In this document: in pieces, positions 5,727 through 6,239 of the stretch
How the letters are laid out: the number at the start of each line of letters is the position of its first letter
How positions within the stretch are numbered: the stretch's first letter is position 1
Source: Candidatus Iainarchaeum sp.
GTDB taxonomy: Archaea > Iainarchaeota > Iainarchaeia > Iainarchaeales > 0-14-0-20-30-16
Direction of reading: 5' to 3'
NCBI GenBank assembly: GCA_028710695.1
Contig: JAQTTP010000013.1
Location: 1 to 6,239 of the forward strand
Length of the DNA: 6,239 nt
Notes under the pieces: model-generated
Told to the model about the DNA's origin: nothing
The model's input: the letters and a program-made list of their open reading frames with translations, nothing else
Database searches by the model: none
Translations under genes and position numbers: made by a program

Positions 5727-6239
5727 TTACCACACCCAACCACTTAAACCACCTGAAACTGCTCCGCCAATTGTTTCACTTGAAGCATAATATTTGTTAT
5801 CACCAATTTGTATATAACTAAAATCCCAATCTTTATATATTACTGTACCCCTCGTTGCAAAGCATTTAGTTTGAATAAGATTGCCATATATTGTAATATC
5901 GGTAACAGAATATATCCCTTCTGAACTACCAGATGTTGTCAAATAACTACCACCAGTAATATTTCCAGTAGCAGTTATATTAACATTTTCTGAATCATTT
6001 TTTATACCAAAAGTATTTTGTGCTTTTCCACCTGTTACATTGCCATAAACAGTTACGTTGCCAAATGATAATGAATGTACATTTATACCATTTCCTCCGA
6101 CATCTGTATCACTTGCTGTAATATTTCCAAATACTTGCAAATTGCCTTTACTTGCTTTAAATATTGCAGAATCTCCACTGCCAGCAGAAACATTTCCAAA
6201 AACACTTATATTATTTGTTTTAGTTGCTATAGTATTAAT
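5727..6239 (-). CDS. C-terminal 170 aa of a parallel beta-helix repeat protein (5'-partial, enters from the right edge); tail spike/fibre-like
   Basis: The track ORF (6140..5727) begins at a TTG. Hand translation of 6239..6141 in the same frame has no stop and continues the repeat: INTIATKTNNISVFGNVSAGSGDSAIFKASKGN-LQVFGNITASD... There are five or more degenerate rungs of about 22-29 aa with the signature h-x-h-(F/Y/T)-G-N-(I/V/L)-(T/S)-(G/A)-(G/S): VFGNVSAG, VFGNITAS, SFGNVTVYGNVTGG, ATGNITGG, IYGNLIQT. The protein ends in a Gly-rich, aromatic tail, GGAVSGGLSGWVW. The stop is TAA at 5729..5727. Confidence 0.6.
   Translation of the reverse strand: MNTIATKTNNISVFGNVSAGSGDSAIFKASKGNLQVFGNITASDTDVGGNGINVHSLSFGNVTVYGNVTGGKAQNTFGIKNDSENVNITATGNITGGSYLTTSGSSEGIYSVTDITIYGNLIQTKCFATRGTVIYKDWDFSYIQIGDNKYYASSETIGGAVSGGLSGWVW

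Noticed and set aside
5726-5743. GTG start at 5743 for the 218-aa ORF (MVGCGN...)
   Set aside because: The codon is GTG and the extension overlaps the last 6 codons of the upstream gene. The ATG at 5725 lies 1 nt after that gene's TAA, the same TAATATG junction seen at portal/133-aa, and it starts directly at the zinc-ribbon domain.
6138-6140. Start codon of the 137-aa track ORF
   Set aside because: The codon is TTG. The same frame stays open for a further 33 codons up to the window edge, and the beta-helix repeat pattern continues upstream (NISVFGNVSAGSGDSAIFKASKGN). The gene is therefore 5'-truncated by the window and does not start here.
5727-6239. Autotransporter or host outer-membrane adhesin interpretation of the beta-helix protein (the C-terminal residue is aromatic)
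   Set aside because: Beta-helix rungs continue to within about 40 residues of the stop, so there is no room for a ~250-300-aa C-terminal translocator barrel. The 1-nt coupling to phage packaging genes favours a phage tail protein.
1-6239. Defence, anti-defence, CRISPR, tRNA, IS or integrase content
   Set aside because: I saw no direct-repeat/spacer periodicity and no cloverleaf-like GC-rich segments. No ORF has transposase, integrase, nuclease-NTPase or toxin-antitoxin hallmarks. Every ORF is explained by, or embedded in, a packaging and head-assembly operon.

Overview
AT-rich window (by eye about one-third G+C) that is almost entirely coding, on the minus strand only. It reads as the DNA-packaging and head-morphogenesis block of a tailed phage or prophage. 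In transcription order (right to left) it contains: (1) the 3' end of a beta-helix repeat protein, tail spike/fibre-like, entering from the right edge; (2) a zinc-ribbon protein in the small-terminase slot; (3) a large terminase with clear ATPase and RNase-H-like nuclease motifs; (4) a portal-sized protein; (5) a 133-aa beta-rich orphan; (6) a 104-aa FmdB-type zinc-ribbon protein; (7) the only intergenic gap (48 nt), with sigma70-like hexamers; (8) a hyper-acidic helical protein, a scaffold candidate, that runs off the left edge. That last ORF is missing from the supplied ORF track, which instead lists its antisense shadow. Genes are tightly coupled: TAA-T-ATG at two junctions, TAA-TA-ATG at one, and overlaps of 16 nt and 89 nt. 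AAGGA-type Shine-Dalgarno boxes sit exactly 7 nt upstream of three starts. The order TerS-TerL-portal-scaffold resembles P22. I saw no RNA genes, CRISPR array, transposase, integrase or att-like repeats, and nothing matching a known defence system. The unusual points are a zinc-ribbon protein where a helix-turn-helix small terminase is expected, a two-gene insert of unknown function between portal and scaffold, and a beta-helix protein translationally coupled to the packaging genes. All functional calls except TerL rest on position, size or composition and need profile or structure searches that I cannot run.
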